Shown here piece by piece: positions 24,233-35,999 of a stretch of DNA of 64,000 bases. Under the pieces are notes generated by a model that made no database searches, was not told the DNA's origin, and saw nothing but the letters and a program-made list of their open reading frames with translations. The translations under genes and the position numbers were made by a program. Location of the stretch: the NCBI RefSeq assembly GCF_054482595.1, contig NZ_CM137008.1; one strand, 5' to 3'. The first letter of the stretch is position 1. Each line of letters opens with the position of its first letter.

Positions 24233-24730
24233 ATGATGATGAAAACTGTTAAACATCTTCTGTGCTGTGCCATTGCCGCCAGCGCATTAATTTCCACCGG
24301 GGTGCATGCTGCGTCCTGGAAAGATGCGCTCTCCAGCGCCGCCAGCGAACTTGGCAACCAAAACAGCACGACACAGGAAGGCGGTTGGTCGCTCGCGTCA
24401 TTAACTAACTTGCTTAGCAGCGGAAACCAGGCCTTAAGCGCAGATAACATGAACAATGCCGCAGGCATTCTGCAATACTGCGCGAAGCAAAAGCTGGCTT
24501 CGGTAACCGATGTCGAAAACATCAAGAACCAGGTGCTGGAAAAGCTGGGCCTGAACAGTGAAGAGCAAAAAGAAGACACCAACTATCTGGACGGCATTCA
24601 GGGTTTGCTGAAAACCAAAGATGGTCAGCAACTCAATCTGGATAACATCGGAACGACTCCGCTGGCAGAAAAGGTGAAAACCAAAGCCTGCGATCTGGTG
24701 TTAAAGCAGGGGCTGAACTTCATTTCCTGA
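24233..24730 (+). CDS. yjjA: DUF2501 periplasmic protein YjjA
   Basis: 165-aa ORF with signal peptide. Confidence 0.8.
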   Translation: MMMKTVKHLLCCAIAASALISTGVHAASWKDALSSAASELGNQNSTTQEGGWSLASLTNLLSSGNQALSADNMNNAAGILQYCAKQKLASVTDVENIKNQVLEKLGLNSEEQKEDTNYLDGIQGLLKTKDGQQLNLDNIGTTPLAEKVKTKACDLVLKQGLNFIS

Positions 24731-24983
24731 ACCGCGAAACGCCGCGTTTTAGCTGTTACCCGGCTGACGCGGCTCTCTCCTGCCCCTTTCCCTGCTCCTG
24801 GACGGTTTTACCCCTGTTACACGGGAAGTGACCGTAATCAAAAAAGTCTGTTTATAAACTAATTCCTAACAACATCGCATTTTTTTGACACTAGAATTGC
24901 AGCAATATGGCGACGCCATTACATTGTGCTTCTCAAAAAGCTTAAACGTTGGCTAAACGGCCCGGTTTAGTGAGGATCGCCCG

Positions 24984-27275
24984 TTGTCAGAACTACTCTC
25001 TTTCGCCCTTTTTCTCGCCTCTGTGCTGATTTACGCATGGAAAGCGGGACGTAACACCTGGTGGTTTGCAGCCACGTTAACGGTGCTGGGGCTATTTGTC
25101 GTTTTAAATATCACCCTGTTTGCCAGCGACTATTTTACTGGCGATGGTATTAACGACGCGGTTCTCTATACCTTAACCAACAGCCTGACCGGTGCTGGTG
25201 TCAGCAAATACATCCTGCCGGGTATTGGCATTGTGCTGGGGCTGACGGCGGTGTTCGGTGCGCTGGGCTGGATCCTGCGCCGTCGTCGTCATCATCCGCA
25301 CCATTTTGGTTACAGCCTGCTGGCGCTCTTACTGGCGCTGGGTTCGGTGGACGCCAGCCCGGCATTTCGTCAGATAACGGAACTGGTGAAATCCCAGTCA
25401 CGCGATGGCGACCCGGACTTTGCGGCTTATTATAAAGAGCCGTCGAAAACTATTCCTGACCCGAAACTCAACCTGGTTTATATCTACGGCGAAAGTCTCG
25501 AGCGGACCTATTTTGATAACGAAGCTTTCCCGGATCTCACGCCTGAACTGGGCGCGTTGAAAAATGAAGGCCTGGATTTCAGCCACACGCAGCAGCTGCC
25601 AGGAACGGATTACACGATTGCGGGCATGGTGGCTTCTCAGTGCGGCATACCGCTGTTTGCCCCCTTTGAAGGCAACGCCTCCGCCTCTGTCTCCAGCTTC
25701 TTCCCGCAGAACATCTGTCTGGGCGATATCCTGAAAAACTCGGGTTATCAGAACTATTTCGTGCAGGGCGCGAATCTGCGTTTTGCCGGTAAAGATGTGT
25801 TCCTGAAGTCGCATGGCTTCGACCACTTATACGGCTCAGAAGAGCTGAAAAGCGTGGTGGCCGACCCGCACTATCGCAACGACTGGGGATTCTACGACGA
25901 TACCGTTCTCGATGAAGCGTGGAAAAAGTTTGAAGAGCTTTCCCGCTCAGGTCAGCGATTCTCACTGTTTACCCTGACAGTCGATACCCATCACCCGGAT
26001 GGTTTTATCTCGCGTACCTGTAACCGCAAAAAATATGATTTTGACGGTAAGCCGAACCAGTCATTCAGCGCGGTAAGTTGCAGCCAGGAGAATATCGCGG
26101 CGTTTATCAACAAAATCAAAGCGTCACCGTGGTTTAAAGATACCGTCATCGTCGTCTCTTCTGACCATTTAGCGATGAACAACACGGCGTGGAAATACCT
26201 TAATAAGCAGGATCGCAATAACCTGTTTTTTGTCATTCGTGGCGACAAGCCGCAGCAAGAGACGCTGGCAGTGAAGCGTAACACGATGGATAACGGCGCG
26301 ACGGTGCTGGACATTCTCGGTGGCGATAACTATCTCGGACTTGGTCGTAGCAGTTTATCCGGGCAGTCGATGTCGGAAATCTTCCTCAATATCAAAGAGA
26401 AAACATTGGCGTGGAAGCCGGATATCATCCGCCTGTGGAAATTCCCTAAAGAGATGAAAGAGTTCACTATCGACCAGCAGAAAAACATGATTGCCTTCTC
26501 GGGTAGCCATTTCCGTTTGCCGCTGCTGTTGCGGGTTTCAGACAAGCGCGTAGAACCGCTGCCGGAAAGTGAATACTCAGCACCGCTGCGTTTCCAGCTG
26601 GCCGATTTCGCTCCACGCGACAATTTCGTCTGGGTTGACCGTTGCTACAAGATGGCACAACTTTGGGCTCCGGAACTGGCACTCTCCACCGACTGGTGTG
26701 TCTCGCAGGGGCAGCTTGGCGGTCAGCAAATTGTCCAGCATGTTGATAAAACAATGTGGAAGGGCAAAACGGCATTTAAAGATACGGTCATCGACATGGC
26801 GCGTTACAAAAGCAATGTCGATACGCTGAAAATTGTTGATAACGATATTCGCTACAAAGCCGACAGTTTCATCTTCAACGTCGCCGGTGCGCCAGAAGAG
26901 GTGAAACAGTTTAGCGGGATTTCCCGTCCGGAGTCGTGGGGCCGCTGGTCCAACGCTCAGCTGGGCGATGAAGTAAAAATCGAGTACAAGCATCCGCTGC
27001 CGAAGAAATTTGACCTGGTGATTACCGCCAAAGCATACGGCAATAACGCCAGCCGTCCTATTCCGGTACGCGTAGGCAATGAAGAACAAACTCTTGTGCT
27101 GGGCAATGAAGTAACCACCACCACACTGCATTTCGATAACCCAACCGATGCCGACACACTGGTAATTGTGCCGCCGGAACCTGTCTCAACCAACGAAGGG
27201 AATATCCTCGGACACTCGCCGCGTAAGCTCGGGATCGGCATGGTGGAAATTAAAGTTGTGGAACGTGAAGGGTAA
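24984..27275 (+). CDS. opgB: phosphoglycerol transferase I (OPG biosynthesis)
   Basis: 763-aa [25 protein letters not shown]... with TTG start; N-terminal TM segments then sulfatase-like domain. Confidence 0.9.
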   Translation: MSELLSFALFLASVLIYAWKAGRNTWWFAATLTVLGLFVVLNITLFASDYFTGDGINDAVLYTLTNSLTGAGVSKYILPGIGIVLGLTAVFGALGWILRRRRHHPHHFGYSLLALLLALGSVDASPAFRQITELVKSQSRDGDPDFAAYYKEPSKTIPDPKLNLVYIYGESLERTYFDNEAFPDLTPELGALKNEGLDFSHTQQLPGTDYTIAGMVASQCGIPLFAPFEGNASASVSSFFPQNICLGDILKNSGYQNYFVQGANLRFAGKDVFLKSHGFDHLYGSEELKSVVADPHYRNDWGFYDDTVLDEAWKKFEELSRSGQRFSLFTLTVDTHHPDGFISRTCNRKKYDFDGKPNQSFSAVSCSQENIAAFINKIKASPWFKDTVIVVSSDHLAMNNTAWKYLNKQDRNNLFFVIRGDKPQQETLAVKRNTMDNGATVLDILGGDNYLGLGRSSLSGQSMSEIFLNIKEKTLAWKPDIIRLWKFPKEMKEFTIDQQKNMIAFSGSHFRLPLLLRVSDKRVEPLPESEYSAPLRFQLADFAPRDNFVWVDRCYKMAQLWAPELALSTDWCVSQGQLGGQQIVQHVDKTMWKGKTAFKDTVIDMARYKSNVDTLKIVDNDIRYKADSFIFNVAGAPEEVKQFSGISRPESWGRWSNAQLGDEVKIEYKHPLPKKFDLVITAKAYGNNASRPIPVRVGNEEQTLVLGNEVTTTTLHFDNPTDADTLVIVPPEPVSTNEGNILGHSPRKLGIGMVEIKVVEREG

Positions 27276-27287
27276 TTCCTGACTGAT

Positions 27288-27345
27288 GTGTAGGTCGCAT
27301 AAGGTGCGACCTACACACCTTCTCCGGCCTACAAAACATCATTGA
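27288..27345. repeat. REP-like palindromic element downstream of opgB
   Basis: GTAGGTCGCATAAGGTGCGACCTACAC palindrome then CCGGCCTACAAAAC. Confidence 0.6.
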
Positions 27346-27413
27346 GAAACAGAAAAAAACAGCGCCCAACACTTCCCCGGACGCTGCATGGCAACTTTAA
27401 TAATCTCGCCTTA

Positions 27414-28436
27414 TCAGAAAGTAATTACACCCTTAATCAACTCACGATTGTTAATCACATCGCGCTCGTAGGTTTCTGCCAGCGTGGCGAACGGATAGCG
27501 ATGGGTTAACATCATGTCGGCAGTGATTTTCCCTTCTGCCATCAGTCGACCGACTTTAGCGAAATCTTCCGGCGTGGCGTTGCGGCTGCCCATCATCGTC
27601 GTTTCTTTTTTATGGAATTCCGGATCGGAAAACTGCAACTCACCTTTAAACAGGCCGACAAATACCACCGTGCCGCCGTGACGAATCAGATTCACGGTGT
27701 TATTCATCGCATGTTGATTACCTGTCGCGTCGATCACTTTCTGCGCCAGCGAACCACCAAACTGCGCCCGTAGCTGCGCGTCAAAATCTTCGGCTGACGG
27801 GTCCAGTACAGGTAATTCCAGACGCGTTGCCACATGTTCACGGCGCGCTGGACTGGTATCCGCCACCACCACCTGTGCGCCATCGGCTTTAGCGATTGCC
27901 GCCGCGCCCAGACCGATTGGCCCCGCCCCGACCACCAGCACCTGCTCGCCGGGAGCAATGGCTGCGCGACGCACCGCATGAGCGCTAATAGCGAAAGGTT
28001 CAATCAATGCTGCCGCCTGCGGGTCAATACCGTCTGCGGGCAAAATGTTCGCCACCGGCACGCTCAAATACTCACTAAAACCGCCATCCTGATGCACGCC
28101 AATGACTGAAATTTTTTCACAGCAATTGGTACGCCCGCTTTTACACGCCGGGCATTGCTGACAGGCAACATAAGGGATCACAGCAACTTGCTGACCATTT
28201 TTAAGATCAGCAATATTTTTACCCAGCCCAACAATCTCCCCACATATTTCATGGCCTAAAACACGTGGATAACTAAAAAATGGTTGATTTCCACCCCAGG
28301 CATGAATATCGGTACCGCAAATCCCGACAGACTTAATTTTTATTAATGCTTCATTGTCACCCGGAATAGGTATCTCGCGTTGTTTCCAGACTAATTCTTT
28401 CGGCTGCTGGCAAATTAAAACATTCATCGTAGACAT
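27414..28436 (-). CDS. lgoD: L-galactonate 5-dehydrogenase (Zn-dependent MDR family)
   Basis: MSTMNVLICQQPKELVWKQREIPIPG... with GHEICGEIV zinc motif; 340 aa from internal Met. Confidence 0.85.
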   Translation of the reverse strand: MSTMNVLICQQPKELVWKQREIPIPGDNEALIKIKSVGICGTDIHAWGGNQPFFSYPRVLGHEICGEIVGLGKNIADLKNGQQVAVIPYVACQQCPACKSGRTNCCEKISVIGVHQDGGFSEYLSVPVANILPADGIDPQAAALIEPFAISAHAVRRAAIAPGEQVLVVGAGPIGLGAAAIAKADGAQVVVADTSPARREHVATRLELPVLDPSAEDFDAQLRAQFGGSLAQKVIDATGNQHAMNNTVNLIRHGGTVVFVGLFKGELQFSDPEFHKKETTMMGSRNATPEDFAKVGRLMAEGKITADMMLTHRYPFATLAETYERDVINNRELIKGVITF

Positions 28437-28574
28437 GATTCGGCTCTCCATTTTTTGTTGCCTTAGATATCAATGAAAATGAAAAATGGCAGCGGAACGG
28501 AAAATCTGTTTTGTGAAAACACACGCATAAAAATGTTTTAAATCGGGTTTTAATGGACTCACAAGGAGGAAAAT

Positions 28575-29489
28575 ATGAGTCGTTCACAAAATTTACGCCA
28601 CAATGTGATTAACCAGGTCATTGATGATATGGCGCGGGGTCATATCCCTTCCCCACTTCCATCGCAAAGTGCGCTGGCGGAAATGTACAACATCAGCCGC
28701 ACAACAGTGCGTCATATTCTCAGCCACTTACGCGAATGCGGCGTCTTAACGCAGGTTGGAAACGACTATGTTATTGCGCGTAAACCTGACCATGATGACG
28801 GTTTCGCCTGTACTACCGCTTCAATGAGTGAACAAAACAAAGTGTTTGAGCAGGCTTTTTTCACGATGATAAACCAGCGTCAGTTACGCCCTGGGGAAAC
28901 TTTTTCTGAACTGCAACTGGCTCGGGCCGCGGGTGTCAGCCCGGTGGTTGTAAGAGAATATCTTTTAAAATTCGGCCGTTATAATCTTATTCAAAGCGAA
29001 AAACGCGGCCAGTGGAGCATGAAGCAATTCGATCAATCCTACGCCGAGCAGCTGTTTGAGCTACGCGAAATGCTCGAAACACATTCACTTCAGCACTTTC
29101 TCAACCTGCCTGATCATGATCCCCGCTGGCTGCAGGCGAAAACCATGCTCGAACGTCATCGGCTACTGCGTGACAACATCGGCAATAGCTTTCGCATGTT
29201 CTCGCAACTTGACAGAGATTTTCACTCCTTACTGCTTTCAGCTGCCGACAATATCTTTTTTGATCAATCGCTTGAGATCATCTCAGTCATCTTTCATTTT
29301 CACTATCAATGGGACGAAAGCGATCTTAAACAGCGCAATATCATTGCCGTCGATGAGCATATGACCATTCTCAGCGCTCTGATTTGCCGCAGTGACCTTG
29401 ATGCCACCCTTGCGCTCCGTAACCATTTGAATTCAGCTAAACAATCAATGATTCGATCCATTAATGAGAACACGCGTTATGCTCATTAA
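28575..29489 (+). CDS. lgoR: GntR-family transcriptional regulator LgoR
   Basis: 304-aa ORF with N-terminal GntR HTH. Confidence 0.8.
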   Translation: MSRSQNLRHNVINQVIDDMARGHIPSPLPSQSALAEMYNISRTTVRHILSHLRECGVLTQVGNDYVIARKPDHDDGFACTTASMSEQNKVFEQAFFTMINQRQLRPGETFSELQLARAAGVSPVVVREYLLKFGRYNLIQSEKRGQWSMKQFDQSYAEQLFELREMLETHSLQHFLNLPDHDPRWLQAKTMLERHRLLRDNIGNSFRMFSQLDRDFHSLLLSAADNIFFDQSLEIISVIFHFHYQWDESDLKQRNIIAVDEHMTILSALICRSDLDATLALRNHLNSAKQSMIRSINENTRYAH

Positions 29490-29703
29490 GTACGGATTAA
29501 AAACAGCAAACTATTAGCGGGTGCACGGTTTTATCAAAAGATAAATACCGGGAAATTCCCGCTTACCTATGCTCACAATCAGTCGACTAAAAATTTTTTT
29601 GTGAGCGGTAGTAAAGTCCTAAAACTTTAACCTGCCGTTAATGTCAACCTTGCGTAATTCACAATTACGTAAACAATTAAAATTATAAATACAGGAGTCC
29701 GGC

Positions 29704-31065
29704 GTGGAAAAAGAAAATATCACCCTCGATCCGCGTTCTTCATTTACTCCATCTTCGTCGGCAGATATTCCCGTGCCACCAGATGGATTAGTTCAACGCA
29801 GTACCCGAATTAAACGCATTCAAACCACCGCCATGTTGTTATTATTTTTTGCGGCGGTAATCAATTATCTCGACCGCAGTTCGCTGTCGGTAGCAAATTT
29901 AACGATTCGTGAAGAATTGGGATTAAGTGCCACCGAAATCGGCGCTTTGCTCTCCGTGTTTTCACTCGCTTACGGGATTGCGCAACTTCCTTGCGGCCCA
30001 CTATTGGATCGTAAAGGCCCACGCCTGATGCTGGGACTGGGGATGTTCTTCTGGTCACTGTTCCAGGCAATGTCTGGCATGGTGCACAACTTTACGCAGT
30101 TCGTGTTGGTGCGTATCGGTATGGGGATTGGTGAAGCGCCGATGAACCCATGCGGTGTAAAAGTCATTAACGACTGGTTCAACATCAAAGAGCGCGGACG
30201 CCCGATGGGCTTCTTCAACGCAGCTTCTACCATTGGCGTTGCCGTAAGCCCACCGATTCTGGCGGCGATGATGCTGGTGATGGGCTGGCGCGGGATGTTT
30301 ATTACCATTGGTGTACTGGGGATTTTTCTCGCCATCGGCTGGTATATGCTCTATCGCAACCGCGAGCACGTAGAACTGACTGCCGTTGAACAAGCTTATC
30401 TCAATGCAGGTAGCGTCAATGCCCGCCGAGATCCGCTCAGTTTTGCCGAATGGCGCAGCCTGTTCCGTAACCGTACAATGTGGGGAATGATGCTCGGATT
30501 CAGTGGCATCAACTACACTGCGTGGCTGTATCTGGCCTGGCTTCCTGGTTACCTGCAAACAGCCTATAACCTGGATTTAAAAAGCACAGGGTTGATGGCG
30601 GCTATCCCTTTCCTGTTTGGGGCTGCCGGGATGCTGGTCAACGGTTACGTTACTGACTGGCTGGTCAAAGGGGGAATGGCTCCGATTAAAAGCCGTAAGA
30701 TCTGCATTATTGCCGGGATGTTCTGTTCTGCCGCCTTTACGCTGGTCGTACCACAAGCGACAACATCCATGACGGCGGTTCTGCTGATTGGCATGGCACT
30801 GTTCTGTATTCACTTTGCCGGAACATCCTGCTGGGGCTTGATCCACGTCGCAGTTGCTTCTCGCATGACTGCGTCGGTGGGCAGTATCCAGAACTTTGCC
30901 AGCTTCATCTGCGCCTCTTTTGCGCCGATCATTACTGGTTTTATTGTTGATACCACCCACTCATTCCGTCTGGCACTAATCATCTGCGGTTGCGTCACCG
31001 CAGCGGGGGCATTGGCGTACATCTTCCTGGTTCGTCAGCCGATCAACGACCCACGGAAAGATTAA
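29704..31065 (+). CDS. lgoT: MFS L-galactonate transporter
   Basis: 453-aa 12-TM ORF with GTG start. Confidence 0.85.
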   Translation: MEKENITLDPRSSFTPSSSADIPVPPDGLVQRSTRIKRIQTTAMLLLFFAAVINYLDRSSLSVANLTIREELGLSATEIGALLSVFSLAYGIAQLPCGPLLDRKGPRLMLGLGMFFWSLFQAMSGMVHNFTQFVLVRIGMGIGEAPMNPCGVKVINDWFNIKERGRPMGFFNAASTIGVAVSPPILAAMMLVMGWRGMFITIGVLGIFLAIGWYMLYRNREHVELTAVEQAYLNAGSVNARRDPLSFAEWRSLFRNRTMWGMMLGFSGINYTAWLYLAWLPGYLQTAYNLDLKSTGLMAAIPFLFGAAGMLVNGYVTDWLVKGGMAPIKSRKICIIAGMFCSAAFTLVVPQATTSMTAVLLIGMALFCIHFAGTSCWGLIHVAVASRMTASVGSIQNFASFICASFAPIITGFIVDTTHSFRLALIICGCVTAAGALAYIFLVRQPINDPRKD

Positions 31066-31072
31066 TCTCCCT

Positions 31073-31108
31073 ATGCCCGATAACATTTTGCTTATCGGGC
31101 ATTTTTAT
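31073..31108. terminator. hairpin terminator between convergent lgoT and tsr
   Basis: ATGCCCGATAA ... TTATCGGGCAT perfect inverted repeat followed by TTTTAT. Confidence 0.65.
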
Positions 31109-31113
31109 GGCGA

Positions 31114-32778
31114 TTAAAACGTTTCCCAGTTCTCCTCGCTATCTGCCACGACCATTTTACGCGGCGCAGCTGGCGTCACGGTTTTTACCACAGCCGATGT
31201 TTCACGCTGCTGTTGCTGCTGTTGCTGAATCCGGAACACTGCCACAGCTTCGGTCAGGCGACTGGCCTGCTCTTCCAGCGCGGCGGCGGCAGCGGCAGAC
31301 TCCTCCACCAGCGCAGCGTTCTGTTGAGTTACCCGGTCCATCTCAGCAACCGCTAAGCCAACCTGATCGATACCACGGCTCTGCTCATCAGAAGCAGAAG
31401 CAATTTCGCCCATAATGTCCGTCACGCGGGTCACGGCGCTGACAATCTCCGCCATTGTTTCCCCGGCGCTTTCGACCAGCGTAGAGCCAACATCCACTTT
31501 CCCCACCGAGTCTTCAATCAGGCTTTTAATTTCACGAGCCGCCTGGGCGCTGCGCTGGGCCAGATTACGCACTTCTCCCGCGACCACCGCAAAACCGCGC
31601 CCTTGCTCACCCGCACGCGCAGCCTCAACCGCCGCGTTCAAAGCCAGAATATTGGTCTGGAAGGCAATGCCGTCAATTACGCTGATAATATCGGCGATTT
31701 TCTGCGAACTGGTGGAGATATCGCGCATAGTCTGCACCACGTTATCTACCACTTTGCCGCCGCGTTGCGCCGTTTCAGAAGCACTTAACGCCAGATGGCT
31801 GGCCTGGCGCGCATTCTCGGCGTTCTGTTTCACCGTTGCGGTCAGTTGCTCCATGCTGGCTGCCGTCTCTTCCAGCGAAGCGGCCTGTTGCTCGGTGCGC
31901 GAAGAGAGATCGTTATTGCCGGTAGCGATTTCGCTGGCACCGCTATAGATGGCATTGGCCCCGTTGCGCACATCACCGACGGTACGCATCAGCTCTCCCT
32001 GCATATGGCGCAAACTCTCTGCCAGTTGCCCCATCTCATTAGAGCCATCCACCTCAATCGGTTTCACCAGATCGCCGCCTGCAATATGACGGATGCTGTC
32101 AATCAGGCGATTCATTGGCGCTACCAGCGAGGCTTTAATACCGAACCAGACGGCGAAGATGACCGCCAGTACGACGATCATCACGCCCACCAGAATCCAC
32201 ATCGCCTGGCTGTAGGAGGCATTGTTATCGCTGACGGCGATATCATAGAGCCGATCGTTTTGCTCCATGTAAGCCACATACTGCTTCTCGAAACCGTCTT
32301 GATATCCCTGGGTCGGCTGATCAAAGAACTCGTTGATTTTGCCTGCACCTAACAGTTGGATCAGCTCCGCCAGCGCATTGTGATAAATATCGTAATTACG
32401 TTTGATCTCTGCCGCTGCGGCGGTGCTCTGACGCGGGTCACGCGGCAACGCTTCGTAATCCGCCCAGTTTTTTTCCGCCTGTTTCAGCGAAATACTGGCA
32501 CTCTGCATCAGCTCAGCAACGGTTGAACCGCTACCAATATTATTCTGATCCATCATGTAGCGGATACCCGCGCGGTTGAGGGTGTTACGCGTCTGCAACA
32601 ACGCGACCCAGCTGCCATTCAGCGTGGATTGCTGCTGGCGAATGGTTTGTAAAACAGTGAAATTTTCTTTGTCATTCTTTAAGGCATTAAAGAACAGACC
32701 GCCTGATGTCAGTTGTAAAAGGCCAAAAACGGCCAAAACCAGCAGTAAGCTGGTCACGATCTTGATACGTTTTAACAT
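31114..32778 (-). CDS. tsr: methyl-accepting chemotaxis protein I (serine receptor)
   Basis: 554-aa [26 protein letters not shown]... ending ...NWETF (CheR-tethering pentapeptide); contains a 7-Gln tract. Confidence 0.95.
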   Translation of the reverse strand: MLKRIKIVTSLLLVLAVFGLLQLTSGGLFFNALKNDKENFTVLQTIRQQQSTLNGSWVALLQTRNTLNRAGIRYMMDQNNIGSGSTVAELMQSASISLKQAEKNWADYEALPRDPRQSTAAAAEIKRNYDIYHNALAELIQLLGAGKINEFFDQPTQGYQDGFEKQYVAYMEQNDRLYDIAVSDNNASYSQAMWILVGVMIVVLAVIFAVWFGIKASLVAPMNRLIDSIRHIAGGDLVKPIEVDGSNEMGQLAESLRHMQGELMRTVGDVRNGANAIYSGASEIATGNNDLSSRTEQQAASLEETAASMEQLTATVKQNAENARQASHLALSASETAQRGGKVVDNVVQTMRDISTSSQKIADIISVIDGIAFQTNILALNAAVEAARAGEQGRGFAVVAGEVRNLAQRSAQAAREIKSLIEDSVGKVDVGSTLVESAGETMAEIVSAVTRVTDIMGEIASASDEQSRGIDQVGLAVAEMDRVTQQNAALVEESAAAAAALEEQASRLTEAVAVFRIQQQQQQQRETSAVVKTVTPAAPRKMVVADSEENWETF

Positions 32779-33005
32779 GGTTTCTCTTTCCTGTGGACCG
32801 ATGCAAGATTTTCGGCCTGAAATGAGAAAACTTTATAGGTAGCGACTTGAAACTGGTTAATTTTACCTCACTTTTTTAATTTTTGTTCAAAAATACAATA
32901 ACCACTTATTGATACATTTTCTTTTCTTATTTTTTTCACACGAATTGTATCTATTTTGAACGAAATATTTTATAGAGTGTGGAATTTTAAGAAAGGACAT
33001 CTGAA

Positions 33006-33395
33006 ATGTTAAACCGTGACTTCGATCATCTCTCAACGCTATTACATCTCTTTTTTGAACGTGAGGATATTTGCCAAAAGCTTAATATTATTGACCAAAA
33101 CAATATCACCGGTTGGGAAGTGTGGTTCCAGGTAGAGTTTGCTAATATGCTCTGCTCAACAGACCATGAATGGTGGCGTGAACAAGCACTTTCCTGTGAT
33201 ATGCGCAAAAAACCTGAGCGCCCGACACTACGCACAGATTTCTTACTACGTAAAAAAGGCTGGGCACAAGATAGCTATATCACGCTTGAAATAAAACAAA
33301 ACAGAGACGCGACCAGTTGTGTTAAAAATATGATCGCAGACTTAGAAAAAAGCGCAAAAATAAAACGTTCCGAACTCGATTTACGCAGTTTCTGA
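33006..33395 (+). CDS. hypothetical protein (possible small PD-(D/E)xK-like fold)
   Basis: 129-aa ORF with SD AAAGGA 9 nt upstream, in an AT-rich stretch between tsr and btsT; D...LEIK acidic/Lys pattern. Confidence 0.4.
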   Translation: MLNRDFDHLSTLLHLFFEREDICQKLNIIDQNNITGWEVWFQVEFANMLCSTDHEWWREQALSCDMRKKPERPTLRTDFLLRKKGWAQDSYITLEIKQNRDATSCVKNMIADLEKSAKIKRSELDLRSF

Positions 33396-33656
33396 ACCTT
33401 GGGTATCACCCCTATGATAGACAGGGAAAGGCTGGACTCTCTCATCGATTGCTATTTAGATGAGAAATTTTATCTTACTAAATCTCGTAAAAAACACGTT
33501 TTACTTAAAGAAATAAATAACACACCATATTGCTATATTGTTATTTAATATTTATAGCATGAATATAATTTTTAAATGAGTTACACAACCGAGGGCTAAA
33601 AATCGCTTCGGTTGTGATCATCATCACATAAATAACCTTCATAAACCTTGCTCAAA

Positions 33657-33684
33657 ACCGCTCAACCGCAAAACTGACCGCTTA
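33657..33684 (+). promoter_or_regulatory. putative BtsR (LytTR) binding site, direct repeats upstream of btsT
   Basis: ACCGCTCA and ACCGCTTA direct repeats with 12-nt spacer, about 160-180 bp upstream of the btsT start. Confidence 0.45.
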
Positions 33685-33840
33685 CGTCCCTAAAATAACC
33701 ACTCAGTTATTTACCTTACTTTACGCGCGCGTAACTCTGGCAGCATCACTGCAGGATAGCGGTCAATTTACCTCCTCAAACGCAACGCAAACCTAGAACG
33801 GCTTCGGCCAACTATTAATCAATACATGCCAGGTTTTACT

Positions 33841-35991
33841 ATGGATACGAAAAAACTATTCAAGCACATACCCTGGGTGATTCTCGGAATCATCGGTGCA
33901 TTCTGCCTCGCGGTAGTTGCATTACGTCGGGGGGAGCACGTCAGTGCCCTGTGGATCGTGGTCGCCTCTGTGTCGGTGTATCTGGTGGCGTATCGCTACT
34001 ACAGTCTGTACATCGCCCAGAAGGTGATGAAACTCGACCCTACGCGCGCGACGCCTGCGGTTATTAACAACGACGGTCTGAACTACGTTCCGACCAACCG
34101 TTACGTGTTGTTTGGTCACCACTTCGCCGCTATCGCCGGTGCCGGTCCGCTGGTCGGTCCGGTTCTCGCCGCACAGATGGGCTACCTGCCTGGCACGCTG
34201 TGGCTGCTGGCGGGGGTAGTACTGGCCGGTGCGGTTCAGGACTTTATGGTGCTGTTTATCTCCTCTCGCCGTAACGGCGCATCTCTCGGTGAGATGATCA
34301 AAGAAGAGATGGGACCAGTACCGGGGACTATCGCGCTGTTTGGCTGTTTCTTAATCATGATCATCATCCTCGCCGTTCTGGCGCTGATTGTGGTTAAAGC
34401 CCTGGCCGAAAGTCCGTGGGGTGTCTTCACCGTTTGCTCAACCGTACCGATTGCGCTGTTTATGGGTATCTACATGCGCTTTATCCGTCCGGGGCGTGTG
34501 GGTGAAGTCTCTGTTATTGGTATCGTGCTGCTGGTTGCCTCTATCTACTTCGGTGGCGTGATTGCTCACGATCCGTACTGGGGTCCGGCACTGACCTTTA
34601 AAGACACCACCATTACCTTCGCGCTGATTGGCTATGCGTTTGTTTCCGCACTGCTGCCGGTGTGGCTGATCCTCGCACCGCGCGACTATCTGGCAACCTT
34701 CCTGAAAATCGGCGTTATCGTCGGCCTGGCGCTGGGTATCGTGGTGCTGAACCCGGAACTGAAAATGCCAGCGATGACCCAGTACATTGACGGTACTGGC
34801 CCGCTGTGGAAAGGCGCTCTGTTCCCGTTCCTGTTCATCACCATCGCCTGTGGTGCGGTATCTGGCTTCCACGCGCTGATCTCTTCCGGTACGACGCCGA
34901 AACTGCTGGCTAACGAAACCGACGCGCGTTTCATTGGCTACGGCGCAATGCTGATGGAGTCCTTCGTGGCGATTATGGCGCTGGTTGCTGCGTCCATCAT
35001 CGAACCGGGTCTTTACTTCGCGATGAACACCCCACCTGCTGGCCTTGGCATCACCATGCCTAACCTGCATGAAATGGGTGGCGAGAATGCGCCGATCATC
35101 ATGGCGCAGCTGAAAGACGTTACCGCACACGCGGCGGCGACCGTCAGCTCCTGGGGCTTCGTGATTTCGCCAGAGCAGATCCTGCAAACCGCGAAAGACA
35201 TTGGAGAGCCTTCTGTCCTGAACCGTGCAGGTGGTGCGCCGACGCTGGCGGTAGGTATCGCTCATGTGTTCCACAAAGTGCTGCCGATGGCTGACATGGG
35301 CTTCTGGTATCACTTCGGTATTCTGTTCGAAGCCCTGTTCATCCTGACCGCGCTGGATGCTGGTACCCGTTCTGGCCGCTTTATGCTGCAAGACCTGCTG
35401 GGTAACTTCATCCCGTTCCTGAAAAAAACCGACTCTCTGGTTGCCGGTATCATCGGTACTGCGGGCTGTGTGGGTCTGTGGGGCTACCTGCTGTATCAGG
35501 GCGTGGTCGATCCGCTGGGCGGCGTTAAGAGCTTGTGGCCGCTGTTCGGTATCTCCAACCAGATGCTGGCAGCCGTGGCGCTGGTACTGGGCACCGTTGT
35601 GCTGATTAAGATGAAGCGCACCCAATACATCTGGGTAACTGTTGTTCCGGCCGTATGGCTGCTTATCTGCACCACCTGGGCGCTGGGCCTGAAACTGTTC
35701 AGCACCAACCCGCAGATGGAAGGCTTCTTCTACATGGCAAGCCAGTACAAAGAGAAGATTGCTAACGGTACTGACCTGACGGCGCAGCAGATTGCCAACA
35801 TGAACCACATCGTTGTGAACAACTACACCAACGCGGGCCTGAGTATTCTGTTCCTGATTGTGGTGTACAGCATCATCTTCTACGGTTTCAAAACCTGGCT
35901 TGCGGTGCGTAACAGCGACAAACGTACTGACAAAGAAACACCGTACGTTCCAATCCCGGAAGGCGGCGTGAAGATCTCTTCGCACCACTAA
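33841..35991 (+). CDS. btsT: CstA-family pyruvate/H+ symporter BtsT (YjiY)
   Basis: MDTKKLFKHIPWVILGIIGAFCLAVVALRRGEH...; multi-TM; 716 aa from internal Met. Confidence 0.9.
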   Translation: MDTKKLFKHIPWVILGIIGAFCLAVVALRRGEHVSALWIVVASVSVYLVAYRYYSLYIAQKVMKLDPTRATPAVINNDGLNYVPTNRYVLFGHHFAAIAGAGPLVGPVLAAQMGYLPGTLWLLAGVVLAGAVQDFMVLFISSRRNGASLGEMIKEEMGPVPGTIALFGCFLIMIIILAVLALIVVKALAESPWGVFTVCSTVPIALFMGIYMRFIRPGRVGEVSVIGIVLLVASIYFGGVIAHDPYWGPALTFKDTTITFALIGYAFVSALLPVWLILAPRDYLATFLKIGVIVGLALGIVVLNPELKMPAMTQYIDGTGPLWKGALFPFLFITIACGAVSGFHALISSGTTPKLLANETDARFIGYGAMLMESFVAIMALVAASIIEPGLYFAMNTPPAGLGITMPNLHEMGGENAPIIMAQLKDVTAHAAATVSSWGFVISPEQILQTAKDIGEPSVLNRAGGAPTLAVGIAHVFHKVLPMADMGFWYHFGILFEALFILTALDAGTRSGRFMLQDLLGNFIPFLKKTDSLVAGIIGTAGCVGLWGYLLYQGVVDPLGGVKSLWPLFGISNQMLAAVALVLGTVVLIKMKRTQYIWVTVVPAVWLLICTTWALGLKLFSTNPQMEGFFYMASQYKEKIANGTDLTAQQIANMNHIVVNNYTNAGLSILFLIVVYSIIFYGFKTWLAVRNSDKRTDKETPYVPIPEGGVKISSHH

Positions 35992-35999
35992 CCGTGTTT

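Noticed and set aside
34438-35988. 516-aa minus-strand ORF
   Set aside because: Antisense to btsT; His/Arg/Gln-rich translation typical of a reverse-frame artifact.
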